Below are positions 36,927 to 47,349 of a stretch of 64,000 nucleotides of DNA, piece by piece. The notes beneath the pieces are model-generated. The model searched no databases, was not told the origin of the DNA, and saw nothing but the letters and a program-made list of their open reading frames with translations. Position numbers and translations under genes: made by a program. Numbering within the stretch: the first letter of the stretch is position 1; each line of letters begins with the position of its first letter. The stretch is from Rhodospirillales bacterium (GTDB taxonomy: Bacteria; Pseudomonadota; Alphaproteobacteria; Rhodospirillales; UBA2165): positions 2,626,971-2,690,970 of the forward strand of contig OZ243926.1 in assembly GCA_965213765.1 (NCBI GenBank). Direction: 5' to 3'.

Positions 36927-38444
36927 TCAACCCAGTTTCCGCTCCATGGCCTCGCAAAGCCGCGTCAGCACCTCGAGGCGCCCATGCCTCTTGTCGTTAA
37001 ACGGCACCAACTGCCAGGGCGCCGCCGCCGTGCTAGTCCGGGTGACCATCTCGTTCACCGCCGCCTCGTACTCGCTCCAACGGTCGCGGTTGCGCCAGTC
37101 CTCGTCGGTCAGCTTCCAGGCCTTGTACGGCGTCTCGGCCCGGCTCTGGAACCGCCGGGCCTGTTCATCGGGATCGATGTGAAGCCAGAACTTCATCAAC
37201 AGGGTCCCGTGCTCGACGATCTGATTCTCGAATTCCCGGATTTCCCGGAACGCCCTGCTCCACTCCGGTTCGGACGCGAAACCCTCGACCCGCTCCACCA
37301 TGACCCGCCCGTACCAACTCCGGTCGAATATGGCGAATTTGCCGTCGCGGGGAATTCGCTGCCAAAACCGCCACAGGTAATGATGCGACTTCTCCCAGTC
37401 ATTGGGGGCCGCAAAGGGATGGATGCGGTAATCGCGGGCGTCCAGCGCCGCCGTGATGCGCCGGATGGTCCCGCCCTTGCCGGCGGCATCCCAGCCCTCG
37501 AACACCAGCACCGACGCCATCTCTTGATTTTTTGCGCGCTGGTAAAGCTCGTTCAGGCGGCGGCGGAGGTTCGGCAGCTTCTCGCCGTAGACCGGTTTAT
37601 CCACCGAGGCGCTCAGATCCACCTGTGCCAGGGGCGGCCGCGAATTCGGGCCGCCGTAGGCATATGCCGTTCCGGCGCCGTTTTCGGCGGCGTTTTCGGC
37701 GGCCGAAGGCAGAACGGCCGGGTGCGGCCGGGCCCGGGCGGCCAGGTGATCGTTGATTGCCTGGCGGACCGTCCGGAGAACCACCAGGGATCTGTATCTG
37801 GCATCGCCGCCGTCGACCAGTCTCCACGGCGCGTAGGGCGCATCGGTTTGTTCGATTATCCTTTCGGCGACGTCGATGAAGCGGTCATAGTTCTCCCAAT
37901 TCCGCCAGTCCTGTTTGCTCACCTTCCAGTGCTGGGCGGCCTGCTTCTCCAATTTCCTGAGCCGGCGTTTCTGCTGGCCCTTGTCCAGGTGCATCCAGAA
38001 TTTGAGAACAAGGGCCCCGTCGTCGGCGAGGCACCGCTCGAATTCCTTGATGCGGGCGAGGCCGCGCTCGAATTTTCGTTTGTTGAGACGGCCGTAGACC
38101 CTGTCCACGAGGGGCTGCGAATACCACGCGCTGAGGTAGACGCCGATCTGGCCCTTGGGCGGGATATCGACCCAGTACCGCCAAAATTCGGGACGGGATT
38201 TCTCGCGCCGGGTCCGGGGCCCGTAGGCGCGGGTGACGATCCAGCGCGGGTCCATCCATTCATTGAGCAGGCCCGCGAGCTCGCTTTTGCCGGCGCCGTC
38301 GACACCGCCGAATATGATCAGGACGGGACAATCGGCTTTTCTGAGTGCCTGTTGGGTCAGGATCAGCGACGTGCGGAGTTCCGACGCGACCGCGTTAAAC
38401 TCCGCCTTGCCGACCGGTTCCCCACGCTCAATTTGATCGAACAC
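36927..38444 (-). CDS. two-domain PPK2-family polyphosphate:AMP/ADP phosphotransferase
   Basis: Two PPK2 repeats, ..VLIIFGGVDGAGKSE.. and ..VLVFEGWDAAGKGGTI.., each followed by ..FDRSWY-type motifs. 505 aa. Confidence 0.85.
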   Translation of the reverse strand: MFDQIERGEPVGKAEFNAVASELRTSLILTQQALRKADCPVLIIFGGVDGAGKSELAGLLNEWMDPRWIVTRAYGPRTRREKSRPEFWRYWVDIPPKGQIGVYLSAWYSQPLVDRVYGRLNKRKFERGLARIKEFERCLADDGALVLKFWMHLDKGQQKRRLRKLEKQAAQHWKVSKQDWRNWENYDRFIDVAERIIEQTDAPYAPWRLVDGGDARYRSLVVLRTVRQAINDHLAARARPHPAVLPSAAENAAENGAGTAYAYGGPNSRPPLAQVDLSASVDKPVYGEKLPNLRRRLNELYQRAKNQEMASVLVFEGWDAAGKGGTIRRITAALDARDYRIHPFAAPNDWEKSHHYLWRFWQRIPRDGKFAIFDRSWYGRVMVERVEGFASEPEWSRAFREIREFENQIVEHGTLLMKFWLHIDPDEQARRFQSRAETPYKAWKLTDEDWRNRDRWSEYEAAVNEMVTRTSTAAAPWQLVPFNDKRHGRLEVLTRLCEAMERKLG

Positions 38445-38502
38445 GCTGCCGCCTCCCTTGCGTCACGGCATGTTACACGCCGGTGCGGGAAAACCTCAAT
38501 AA

Positions 38503-38583
38503 CCGGGCCCACCGGACCGGCTTCGCCGGCCGGAGGACGAACCGCGTCCCGGTCATTATCACCCTCACCCCGGCCCTCTCCCT
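38503..38583 (+). repeat. mosaic element fragment R6 (left part of an element split by IS5)
   Basis: ccaccggaccggcttcgccggccggaggac.. is shared with R1 and R4, followed by ..caccctcaccccggccctctccc (left arm of HP2). It is interrupted at about 38583. Confidence 0.7.
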
Positions 38584-39757
38584 GAGGATTCTTCTGCGAA
38601 AGTCGCAAGGAGGGGTTTGTGTCGGGGGTTGGGGCTGTTTTGGTACCGGGCGGCGGGTTTGCCGCGGCGTTTGCGGGCCGGATTGCGGTGCGTTTTGCGG
38701 TTTCCGGGCGCGTCGCGCCCTCACGGCCCGGCGAGCAGGCAGGCCCGGCGCATGTTGTAGACGGCGGCGGCGGCGAAGAGGCGGGCCGTGTTCCTGTCCC
38801 GGGACCGGCTCTTGGCGCGGCGCAGCCCGTAGAAGCGCTTGAGGGCGGAGAACACGGCCTCGACCGGGGCGCGCCGTCGCGCGATCAGAGCGTTGCGGCG
38901 CTGTTGCCAATGGGGCAGCGCGGCTATGTGCTTGTGCCGCCGGTGCATGATCCGGTCCTTGATCCCCGCCGCCTTGAGCCGCGCCCGTCTCGCCGCCTGC
39001 TCGTAGGCCTTGTCGCCATAGACCGCGGCCTCGTCGCCGCAGATCAGCCGGTCGGCGACCTCGCTCTCGGAGGTCTTGGCCGAGGTCAGCACCACCCGCC
39101 GGATCAGCCCCGACCCCTGGTCGACGCCGAGATGCGCCTTGTAGCCGAAGAAGGCGCGCCCCTTCTTGCGGGTCCAGTCGGCGCCGGGCTCGCCCGCGTG
39201 CCCGGCACCCGCGCCGGCCTTGTAGGGCGGCGGGCGCGAGGCCGCGGCCACCAGCGTGGCGTCCATCAGCGTGCCCTTGCGCACGATCAGACCGGTGGCC
39301 TCCAACTGGCGGTTGATCTCCTCGAAGGCCGCCTCCAGAACCCCGCCCGCATCCCCGCGAAAGCGGCAGATCGTGGTCTCGTCCGGCGTGCCCCCGTCAA
39401 GCGCAAAGCCGCAAAAACGCCGGAACGACAGACGGTCCAGCAGCGCCTCCTCCAGACCGGGGTCCGACAGATCGTAAAGCACCTGAAGATAAAGCGCCTT
39501 CAACATCGACAGCGGCGCATAGGGCGGACGGCCCCGGCGCCCCGGGCGGACCGCCGACGCCAGGCGCTCCAGCGGAGACCAGTCGATCAACGCATCCAGA
39601 CGATCAAGCTTCCGGTTCGACCCAAGACCCGGAGAAACAAACGCTTCCGCAAACCCCAGCTGACCCTTGCCGCTCATCGACGCCTCCAACAGTTGATAAC
39701 CACACTGAATCACATCACAAACCCATTGAGAATCCCCTTTTCGCAGAAGAATCCTCA
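38584..39757 (-). mobile_element. IS5-family insertion sequence
   Basis: The terminal inverted repeats are ..gaggattcttctgcgaaa (38584-38601) and tttcgcagaagaatcctc.. (39739-39756). There is one transposase ORF. The exact ends and target duplication are ambiguous because the host hairpin arms extend the inverted symmetry. Confidence 0.8.
38721..39677 (-). CDS. IS5-family (DDE) transposase
   Basis: MSGKGQLGFAEAFV..NRKLDRLDALIDW..PPYAPLSMLKALYLQVLYDLSDPGLEEALLDRLSFRRFCGF.. is a typical IS5-group N-terminus, with ..VYGDKAY.. in the DDE region. The start is at the internal ATG. Confidence 0.9.
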   Translation of the reverse strand: MSGKGQLGFAEAFVSPGLGSNRKLDRLDALIDWSPLERLASAVRPGRRGRPPYAPLSMLKALYLQVLYDLSDPGLEEALLDRLSFRRFCGFALDGGTPDETTICRFRGDAGGVLEAAFEEINRQLEATGLIVRKGTLMDATLVAAASRPPPYKAGAGAGHAGEPGADWTRKKGRAFFGYKAHLGVDQGSGLIRRVVLTSAKTSESEVADRLICGDEAAVYGDKAYEQAARRARLKAAGIKDRIMHRRHKHIAALPHWQQRRNALIARRRAPVEAVFSALKRFYGLRRAKSRSRDRNTARLFAAAAVYNMRRACLLAGP

Positions 39758-40003
39758 GGGAGGGAGAGGGAGTCGAACGGAATTCCCTCGCCCCTTCGGG
39801 GGGAGAGGGATCGGTCTTTCTTTTTGCACCCTCGCCCCCTTCGGGGGAGAGGGATGCGGAGGCTTGGCGAGCCTGCGAGCCATAGCCGTAGCTGGGTGAG
39901 GGGGAATTTCCATATCACCCTCACCCTCATTCCCGCCCTCACCCCGGCCCTCTCCCGGAGGGAGAGGGAGTCGAGCGGAAATCCCCTAATCGGGTCCGTT
40001 CCC
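39758..40003 (+). repeat. mosaic element R7 (right part of the IS5-split element, with right TIR)
   Basis: It resumes with the gggagggagaggg right arm of HP2 and contains hairpin modules. It ends cccctaatcgggtccgttccc, followed by TA that forms part of the acyl-CoA dehydrogenase stop codon. Confidence 0.75.
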
Positions 40004-41154
40004 TAATAGGACCGCGGCAGGCCGAGGACGTGCTCGGCCAGATAGGACAAGACCAGGTTCGTCGAAAGCGGCGCGACCTGGTAGAGGCGGGTTTCCCGGA
40101 ACTTCCGCTCGACATCGTATTCTTCGGCAAATCCGAAGCCGCCAAAGGTCTGCAGGCACATGTCCGCCGCCTGCCACGACGCCTCCGAGGCGAGCAGTTT
40201 GGCCATGTTGGCCTCGGGCCCGCACGGCTCTCCGTCGTCGAACAGCGCCGCCGCCTTCCGCACCATCAAATCGGCCGCCTCCGCCGCGGCATAGGCACGG
40301 GCAATGGGAAACTGAACCCCCTGGTTCTTGCCGATCGGACGGCCGAACACGACCCGTTCGCCTGCATACCGCGATGCCTTGCCGATGAACCACCGCGCGT
40401 CGCCGATGCACTCGGCGCCGATGAGTATCCGTTCGGCGTTCATGCCGTCGAGAATGTAGCGAAAACCGCCGCCTTCCTCGCCGACCAGGCTGTCCGCGGG
40501 AATTCTCAAGCCGTCGAAGAACACTTCGGTGGTTGCATGATTGAGCATCGTGCGGATGGGATTGATCGTCAGGCCGCTGCCGCGCGCGCCTCGAATATCG
40601 ACCAGGAAGACGGACAATCCCTGGTGACGGCTTTGATCGCTTTCGCGGGGCGCCGTCCGGGCAAGCAGCAGCATGAGATCGGAATGCTCGGCCCGCGAGG
40701 TCCAGACCTTCTGGCCGTCGACGACGTAGTGATCGCCGTCCCGGCGCGCCGTGGTCCGGATGCGGGTGGAATCGCTGCCGCTGGCCGGTTCCGTGACCCC
40801 GAATGCCTGCAGCCTGATGTCGCCGCGGGCGATCGCCGGCAGATACTTTTTCTTTTGTTCGGCCGTACCGTGGCGAAGGACGGTGCCCATGATGTACATC
40901 TGCGCATGACACGCCGCGGCGTTGCCGCCCGAAAGATGCACCTCCTCGAGAATGGCCGCGGCGGCCCGCAGCCCCAGGCCGCTGCCTTCGAATTCCTCGG
41001 GTATCAGTGCGGCGAGGAAGCCGGCCCGGGTCATTGCGCCGACGAACTCTTCCGGGTAGGCCCGGTCGCGGTCGACGCGCTGCCAGTAACCGCTGTCGAA
41101 TTCCCGGCACAGCGCTTGTACCGAATGCCGGATGTGGTTGAAGTCTTGTGACAA
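40003..41154 (-). CDS. acyl-CoA dehydrogenase family protein
   Basis: ACAD fold (..GFLAALIPEEFEGSGLG.. ..AFGVTEPASGSD.. ..GGFGFAEEYDVERKFRETRLYQVAP..). The start is set at a TTG with GGGAGG 7 nt upstream. The track's 542-aa version reads through repeat R8. Confidence 0.85.
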   Translation of the reverse strand: MSQDFNHIRHSVQALCREFDSGYWQRVDRDRAYPEEFVGAMTRAGFLAALIPEEFEGSGLGLRAAAAILEEVHLSGGNAAACHAQMYIMGTVLRHGTAEQKKKYLPAIARGDIRLQAFGVTEPASGSDSTRIRTTARRDGDHYVVDGQKVWTSRAEHSDLMLLLARTAPRESDQSRHQGLSVFLVDIRGARGSGLTINPIRTMLNHATTEVFFDGLRIPADSLVGEEGGGFRYILDGMNAERILIGAECIGDARWFIGKASRYAGERVVFGRPIGKNQGVQFPIARAYAAAEAADLMVRKAAALFDDGEPCGPEANMAKLLASEASWQAADMCLQTFGGFGFAEEYDVERKFRETRLYQVAPLSTNLVLSYLAEHVLGLPRSY

Positions 41155-41309
41155 TTCGCAGCCTCCCGCGCCCCAGGGATCAGCTTGGGGGATCAGCTTA
41201 ATGCACCCGGTTCGCGTAGGCCATTTTCTTCGCCCTGATGACGCCGTGTCCTCGGATGGGCCGGCGGGCGGGCGCATACGGGCGGCTACCGGGCCGGCCG
41301 GCTGTAGCC

Positions 41310-41630
41310 GCGGCGTACGGCGCGGCACAAGGTCCCTCGCCCCCTTCCGGGGGGAGAGGGACCGGTCTTTCTTTTTGCACCCTCGCCCCCTTTCAGGGGG
41401 AGAGGGATGCGGAGGGTTGGCGAGGCGAACGCCGAGCCTACCCGGCGCTGGGTGAGGGGGCGAGCCTGCGAGCCATAGCCGTAGCTGGGTGAGGGGGAAT
41501 TCCGTATCGCCCTCACCCTCACTCCCACCCTCACCCCGGCCCTCTCCCGGAGGGAGAGGGAGTTTCGGTGGGTCCCCTCGCCCCTTCCCGGGGGAGAGGG
41601 GCAGGGTGAGAGGGCGCAGCGTACGGCGCA
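41310..41630 (+). repeat. mosaic element array R8 (internal hairpin modules, no TIR)
   Basis: ggcacaaggtccctcgcccc..ggggagaggg, gatcggtctttctttttgcaccctcgccccc.., HP1, a duplicated gtgaggggg module, and HP2. Boundaries are approximate. Confidence 0.7.
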
Positions 41631-41754
41631 CAAAACGCCAATTTGTGCAATGATATTCTATCTTTTGGGAAAATTAGTGTGATTTTGCACGGAAATATCG
41701 CCTCAAATACACTATATTTGGACCAAGATCGGTTCTCATCTAGAGAGGTATCCC

Positions 41755-42873
<1,119 letters not shown>

Positions 42874-42915
42874 AGGCGATGGGCTTGTGGCCGGCAGGTT
42901 GCCGGGGATGACCAT

Positions 42916-43182
42916 ATGACCCTCACCCCAACCCTCTCCCAGGCCTACTCCGCCGAAGTAGCCTTCGGCTACGAAGGCTGGAAGGGAGAGGGAACTTGTC
43001 ATGCGTCCCCCCGCCCCCTTCGAGGGGGAGAGGGATCGGTCATTTTCTTGCACCCTCGCCCCCTTCGAGGGGGAGAGGGATCGGTCTTTCCTTTTGCACC
43101 CTCGCCCCCTTCGAGGGGGAGAGGGATGCGGAGGGTTGGCGAGGCGAACGCCAAGCCTACCCGGAGCCGGGTGAGGGGGATT
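42916..43182 (+). repeat. mosaic element array R9 with three tandem hairpin modules
   Basis: An HP2-like arm pair comes first. The unit ccctcgcccccttcgagggggagagggatcggtc..ttgca then occurs three times, the last one running into ..gatgcggagggttggcgaggcgaacgccaagcctacccgg. Confidence 0.75.
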
Positions 43183-43383
43183 TGGTATTGACGCCACTCG
43201 TCACACCCCGGCCCACCGGAACAGCGTCGCCAAAACCCGGCCGTCACGCCCGGCCCGGATGAGGATGTCCTCCAGACGGCCACTTCTTATGGTTTCGCGC
43301 TCGGCGGCGAGGCGGGGGTTTCCCATGGCGGGAATTGCTTGCAGTATAGGCGGCCGATTTTCAAGCCAAACAGGGGGCGGCGC

Positions 43384-44238
43384 ATGCGGTTTGTCAGTTT
43401 CAAGCATGGCGGGGGGGCACGCTACGGCGTGGTGAAAGACGGCGGCGTAATCGACGCCACCGACCGGCTGGCCGACCGTTTCACCAGCTTGCGGGACGTG
43501 ATCGAGGGAGAGGCGCTCTCCGAACTTGCCCCCATGGCGGACCATGGCGCGCCCGATGTCGGGCTTGACGACATCGAGCATCTGTTCCCCGTTACCGCGC
43601 CCAGAAAGATCTTTTGTATCGGGCGCAACTACCGAGCTTACCACGAGGTCCTGGAGGATGGCGGCGCACCGGAGTATCCGAGCGTCTTTCCGCGCTACCT
43701 CAACGGCTTCGTACCCAATGGCGGCAACATCCTGAAGCCCAAGGCGTCGGACCAGCTCGACTACGAGAACGAAATCGGCGTGATCGTCGGCAAGAGGGTC
43801 CGTCACGTCGGTGAAGAGGACGCCCTGTCGTGCGTCGCGGGGTTCACCATCGTCAACGAGGGAAGCGTCCGCGATTGGCAGACCAAGGGTACGCAGAATT
43901 GCCCGGGCAAGAATTTTTACCGTTCGGGCAGCATCGGCCCCTGGATGGTAACCCCCGACCACCTGCCCGACCTCGACAAGGTTCGCATCGTCACCCGGCG
44001 AAACGGCGAGGTGGTCCAGGACGGAACCTCCGACATGATGCTCTGCAAGATTCCGTTCCTGATCTCGCACATTTCCAAGTTCACCGAGTTGGAGCCGGGC
44101 GACCTGATCGCCACCGGCAGTCCCGGCGGCTCGATCATCGAAGGCGAGGAGCCGAAAAACTGGCTCAAGGCGGGCGATGAGCTTGAGTTCGAGATCGAGG
44201 GTATCGGCGTTCTCAAAAACACCGTCGCCGACGAGTAA
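43384..44238 (+). CDS. fumarylacetoacetate hydrolase (FAH) family protein
   Basis: ..KIFCIGRNY.. ..DYENEIGVIVGK.. ..GFTIVNEGSVRDWQ.. ..PGDLIATGSPGG.. The start is at the internal ATG (MRFVSFKHGG). Confidence 0.85.
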   Translation: MRFVSFKHGGGARYGVVKDGGVIDATDRLADRFTSLRDVIEGEALSELAPMADHGAPDVGLDDIEHLFPVTAPRKIFCIGRNYRAYHEVLEDGGAPEYPSVFPRYLNGFVPNGGNILKPKASDQLDYENEIGVIVGKRVRHVGEEDALSCVAGFTIVNEGSVRDWQTKGTQNCPGKNFYRSGSIGPWMVTPDHLPDLDKVRIVTRRNGEVVQDGTSDMMLCKIPFLISHISKFTELEPGDLIATGSPGGSIIEGEEPKNWLKAGDELEFEIEGIGVLKNTVADE

Positions 44239-44359
44239 CCGGCCCGGCCGGTTCCCCATAGCGCGGCCGTTTCCTCAGGATTGAGGGGCAGCTTGCCGGC
44301 ATTTCCGGGCCCGTCGATACAGTCCGCTGACCGAGTTCAAGCTCTCCACCCGCCGGCGT

Positions 44360-44680
44360 GTGGACGTCGCGGGATTGAACAAGGCCGGCCGGTTCATCAT
44401 CGCCGAGGTGAAGTCCTCGGTTCGCGACTTCCAGGCAGACCGGAAATGGCCGGAATACATCCCCTTTTGCGACCGCTTCTACTTCGCCGTCGCCAATGGC
44501 TTTCCGGTCGAACTCATTCCCGGGGAATGCGGCATCCTGATCGCCGATCCGTACGACGCGGCCATTCTAAGGGAGGCACCGCTGCTGAAGATGAATGCGG
44601 CCCGGCGGCGAAACCAGTTTCTCCGGTTCGCCAAAACCGCCGCCGACCGGCTGCACCGAATTAACGATCCGTCGCTATAG
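44360..44680 (+). CDS. mmcB: MmcB-family DNA repair protein, apparently N-terminally truncated or interrupted
   Basis: ..RFIIAEVKSSVRDFQADRKWPEYIPFCDRFYFAV.. matches the family by recollection. Family-like sequence (..LTEFKLSTRRRVDVAGL) continues upstream of the GTG as far as an in-frame TGA at 44282, with no start codon in between. Confidence 0.55.
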   Translation: MDVAGLNKAGRFIIAEVKSSVRDFQADRKWPEYIPFCDRFYFAVANGFPVELIPGECGILIADPYDAAILREAPLLKMNAARRRNQFLRFAKTAADRLHRINDPSL

Positions 44681-45551
44681 ACCCGGTTTCGTCATCCAGC
44701 AATTTCCGTTTTCGGTCCAATCCCCAACGATAACCGTGGAGCTTCCCGTCGCTGCCGATCGCCCGATGACAGGGAATTGCCACCGCCACCGGATTGGTCG
44801 CGCAGGCCCGGCCGACGGCGCGAGCCGATTTCGGCGAACCGATCGCGGCGGCAATTTCCGCATATGTCATCGTGGCTCCCCGCGGAATTCGCCGGAGGCA
44901 ATCCCAAACCTTCCACTGGAACGTCGTCGCCCGCAGATCGAAGGGCAATGCCGCGGCCGTCCCGGACGCGCCGCTGAGGATGGACAGCACCGCCTCCAAA
45001 TTGTCCGCCAGTCCCGAGACGTCCGCCCCGATTTCCGCCGCCGGGTATTCCTCATGCAGGTCTTCGACCAGTTCCTTGTCATCGTCACCGATGCTGATCC
45101 GGCAAATCCCCCGGTCCGTGGACGCCACCAGGAGCCGGCCGAGAAAGCTGTCGGCGATCGCAAAACCGATCTTCGCGCCGGCGCCGCCCTTGCCGTAACT
45201 CGCGGGCGTCATCCCCAAGGTCTCGCCGGCCCGTTCATAGAGCCGGCTGGAAGAGCCGAATCCGGCGCCGTACATGGCCGACGACACGCTCTCCCCGCCC
45301 CGGACTTCCGCCTTGAACCGGTCGAGCCGGCGTTGGGCGGCGTACTCACGGGGCGACAATCCCAGCACATGTTTGAATTTTCGCTGCAGATGATACGGGC
45401 TGACGCCGACGGCTTCGGACAACTCGGCCAGGGTCGGCACGCCTTCGTCGGCTTCGTCGATCAACCGGCACGCCTCAATGATCCAGTCCGGCGGCCGGAC
45501 GTCCGAACGGTTCATTGCGGCGGCCCCGGGGGTTGTGTCTTGTTCAAGCAT
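44661..45551 (-). CDS. AraC-type HTH / methylated-DNA-protein-cysteine methyltransferase fusion (Ada-like)
   Basis: AraC HTH (..LAELSEAVGVSPYHLQRKFKHVLGLSPREY..) plus an MGMT domain with ..IPCHRAI.. as the active site. The start is at the internal ATG (MLEQDTT). Confidence 0.85.
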   Translation of the reverse strand: MLEQDTTPGAAAMNRSDVRPPDWIIEACRLIDEADEGVPTLAELSEAVGVSPYHLQRKFKHVLGLSPREYAAQRRLDRFKAEVRGGESVSSAMYGAGFGSSSRLYERAGETLGMTPASYGKGGAGAKIGFAIADSFLGRLLVASTDRGICRISIGDDDKELVEDLHEEYPAAEIGADVSGLADNLEAVLSILSGASGTAAALPFDLRATTFQWKVWDCLRRIPRGATMTYAEIAAAIGSPKSARAVGRACATNPVAVAIPCHRAIGSDGKLHGYRWGLDRKRKLLDDETGSIATDR

Positions 45552-45583
45552 GACCCCAACATAATCGCCGCCGGAACCCTCCT

Positions 45584-46336
45584 CTATCCGAAGCTTGCGG
45601 TCTGAAGTCCGACCCGCATCAATCGTTCGCCGTTCGCATTCAGCCACTTCCGGCCGGCCGCCGAATCGACGCCAAGACTATTCACCGTCTCCCAAAATGC
45701 GGGTGAATGATCCATGTGACGGAGGTGCGAGACCTCATGGGCGACGACATAATCCAGAACGTCCATCGGGGCCATGACCAGACGCCATGAGAACGAGAGA
45801 TTGCCGTTGGGCGCGCACGATCCCCAGCGGCTTCGCGTGTCGCGGATGGACACGCGATTGAACGTTGCCTCCAGCCGGCCGCACATGGTCTCCGCCCGGG
45901 GTACGATTTCGCGCTTCGCTTCCCGCCTCAGCCAGTCCAGCACCCGGCGCGCAATATGCTCTTCCCGGCCCGCGACCCAGATCGCGTTCCCTTCCCGCCG
46001 GACGCCATACCGGCCGGCCGGGTCATGGCAAATCAAATGTTCCCGGTCGAGCACCGGCACCCGCGCGCCGGCGACAAGTGGCGTCGGCGCAGCCAGTTTT
46101 TGCAGCGCGCCGGCGATCCACCCGGACTTTTCCTCAACCAAGGCCAATCCCGCCTTCGCGGGAACCCCTTTGGGCAGCGTGACGACGACGCCGCCGGTTT
46201 TCGGATCAATCCGCAGAATGAGGCGCCGCGCCTTGGCATGATGCCGAACGGATAAAGGAACCTGCCTGCCGTCGACCTCCACATGGCGAAGGGAGCCAGG
46301 AAGAGGGTCAGGCGGCTTACCCGGCATCATCCACAC
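45584..46336 (-). CDS. YgjP-like (DUF45/M48-related) metal-dependent hydrolase
   Basis: The ..[19 protein letters not shown].. HExxH motif near the C-terminus and the ..RWGSC.. motif. Confidence 0.75.
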   Translation of the reverse strand: MWMMPGKPPDPLPGSLRHVEVDGRQVPLSVRHHAKARRLILRIDPKTGGVVVTLPKGVPAKAGLALVEEKSGWIAGALQKLAAPTPLVAGARVPVLDREHLICHDPAGRYGVRREGNAIWVAGREEHIARRVLDWLRREAKREIVPRAETMCGRLEATFNRVSIRDTRSRWGSCAPNGNLSFSWRLVMAPMDVLDYVVAHEVSHLRHMDHSPAFWETVNSLGVDSAAGRKWLNANGERLMRVGLQTASFG

Positions 46337-46796
46337 CCTCGTTGGGCCATTCCACTACATGATCCTCCAAATCGCCGGCATCCCGCTCGGCAACGCAGCG
46401 GCCCCGCACCGACACCCCGGCCCGATGCACGCTTTCGGGATCGCCGGAAACCAGAGGGTGCCAATCGAAAAGATCTTTTCCCTCCGATATCAACCGGTAG
46501 GCGCACGTCGGCGGCAGCCATTCGATGGCCGTCAGCGTCCCCGGGGTCAACTCGACGCAATCGGGCACCCGAACGGTTCTGTGCGTGTAATCCGTACAAC
46601 GGCAGGCGCCGATGTCGAGGAGACCGCACGCAACTTCGGTGTATTCCACTTCCCGGGTATCTTCATACTCGATTTTGTGAAGGCAGCACTTGCCGCACCC
46701 GTCGCAGAGCGACTCCCACTCTTCGAGGCTCATCTGCTCAAGTGACTTGGCCTTCCAGAAAGGTTCGTCCTTTCGGTCCTGCCGGGCAGTCGCCAC
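46317..46796 (-). CDS. ycgN: YcgN-family cysteine-cluster protein (UPF0260)
   Basis: ..[29 protein letters not shown].. ..[15 protein letters not shown].. Confidence 0.8.
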   Translation of the reverse strand: MATARQDRKDEPFWKAKSLEQMSLEEWESLCDGCGKCCLHKIEYEDTREVEYTEVACGLLDIGACRCTDYTHRTVRVPDCVELTPGTLTAIEWLPPTCAYRLISEGKDLFDWHPLVSGDPESVHRAGVSVRGRCVAERDAGDLEDHVVEWPNEGVDDAG

Positions 46797-46899
46797 CTAG
46801 GCCCCCTCCGCCGATGTTCCAATCATATTGATCATTGTCACAAGGCAACGGCCGGGACAATAGGTGCAACCAAATACGACCAATGGATAGCGGCCCCCG

Positions 46900-46985
46900 A
46901 GGGAGAAGGTCGGGGTGAGGGCGGCGAGGGAACGCACAGCAAGCTCCCTCTCCCCCTGACGGGGGCGAGGGGACACGATGCGGGA
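46900..46985 (-). repeat. mosaic element fragment R10 (inverted orientation)
   Basis: Contains gtcggggtgaggg and ccctctccccctgacgggggcgaggg, the reverse complements of HP2-arm and HP1 hairpin sequences. Confidence 0.65.
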
Positions 46986-47112
46986 ACGAACCTCGATCGC
47001 GGATGACCGGTCTGGCGTGACCGGCCATTGACGGCCAACCGGGCGCCGACCATTGTGGGGCATGTTTGTTTTCGGCCGGTTGGGCGGCTCAGGGGGCTTT
47101 GATTTGCCTGAA

Positions 47113-47349
47113 ATGACGGATGATCCGGGCCGTGTTCAAAAAAGGTCTATCCGGATCGCCGGCCACGCGACGAGCGTATCCGTGGAGCAGGCATTCTGGG
47201 ATCGGCTGCGGCTCATATCCGCGGCGCGCGGCGTTTCAATCAATGGCTTGATTGCCGAGATCGACCGGCACCGAACCGGCAATCTCTCGAGTGCTATCCG
47301 GCTGTTCGTCCTCGAAGAATTGGACCGTCCCAACGCCGACGGCGACTAG
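47113..47349 (+). CDS. ribbon-helix-helix domain protein (RHH_4-like)
   Basis: ..RSIRIAGHATSVSVEQAFWDRLRLISAARGVSINGLIAEIDRHRTGNLSSAIRLFVL.. The start is uncertain (ATG 47113 preferred, track start 47053). The TAG stop lies inside palindrome P2. Confidence 0.65.
   Translation: MTDDPGRVQKRSIRIAGHATSVSVEQAFWDRLRLISAARGVSINGLIAEIDRHRTGNLSSAIRLFVLEELDRPNADGD

Noticed and set aside
41640-41754. Possible operator (ttgtgcaa ... ttttgcacgg) in the AT-rich hppD upstream region
   Set aside because: The two half-sites are imperfect and about 35 nt apart. I cannot link them to a known regulator motif, and no regulator gene is adjacent.
43006-43135. Possible CRISPR array, suggested by regularly spaced palindromic repeats
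   Set aside because: There are only three units. The sequences between hairpins are themselves repeated rather than unique spacers. The same unit is scattered singly elsewhere, and no cas genes are present in the window.
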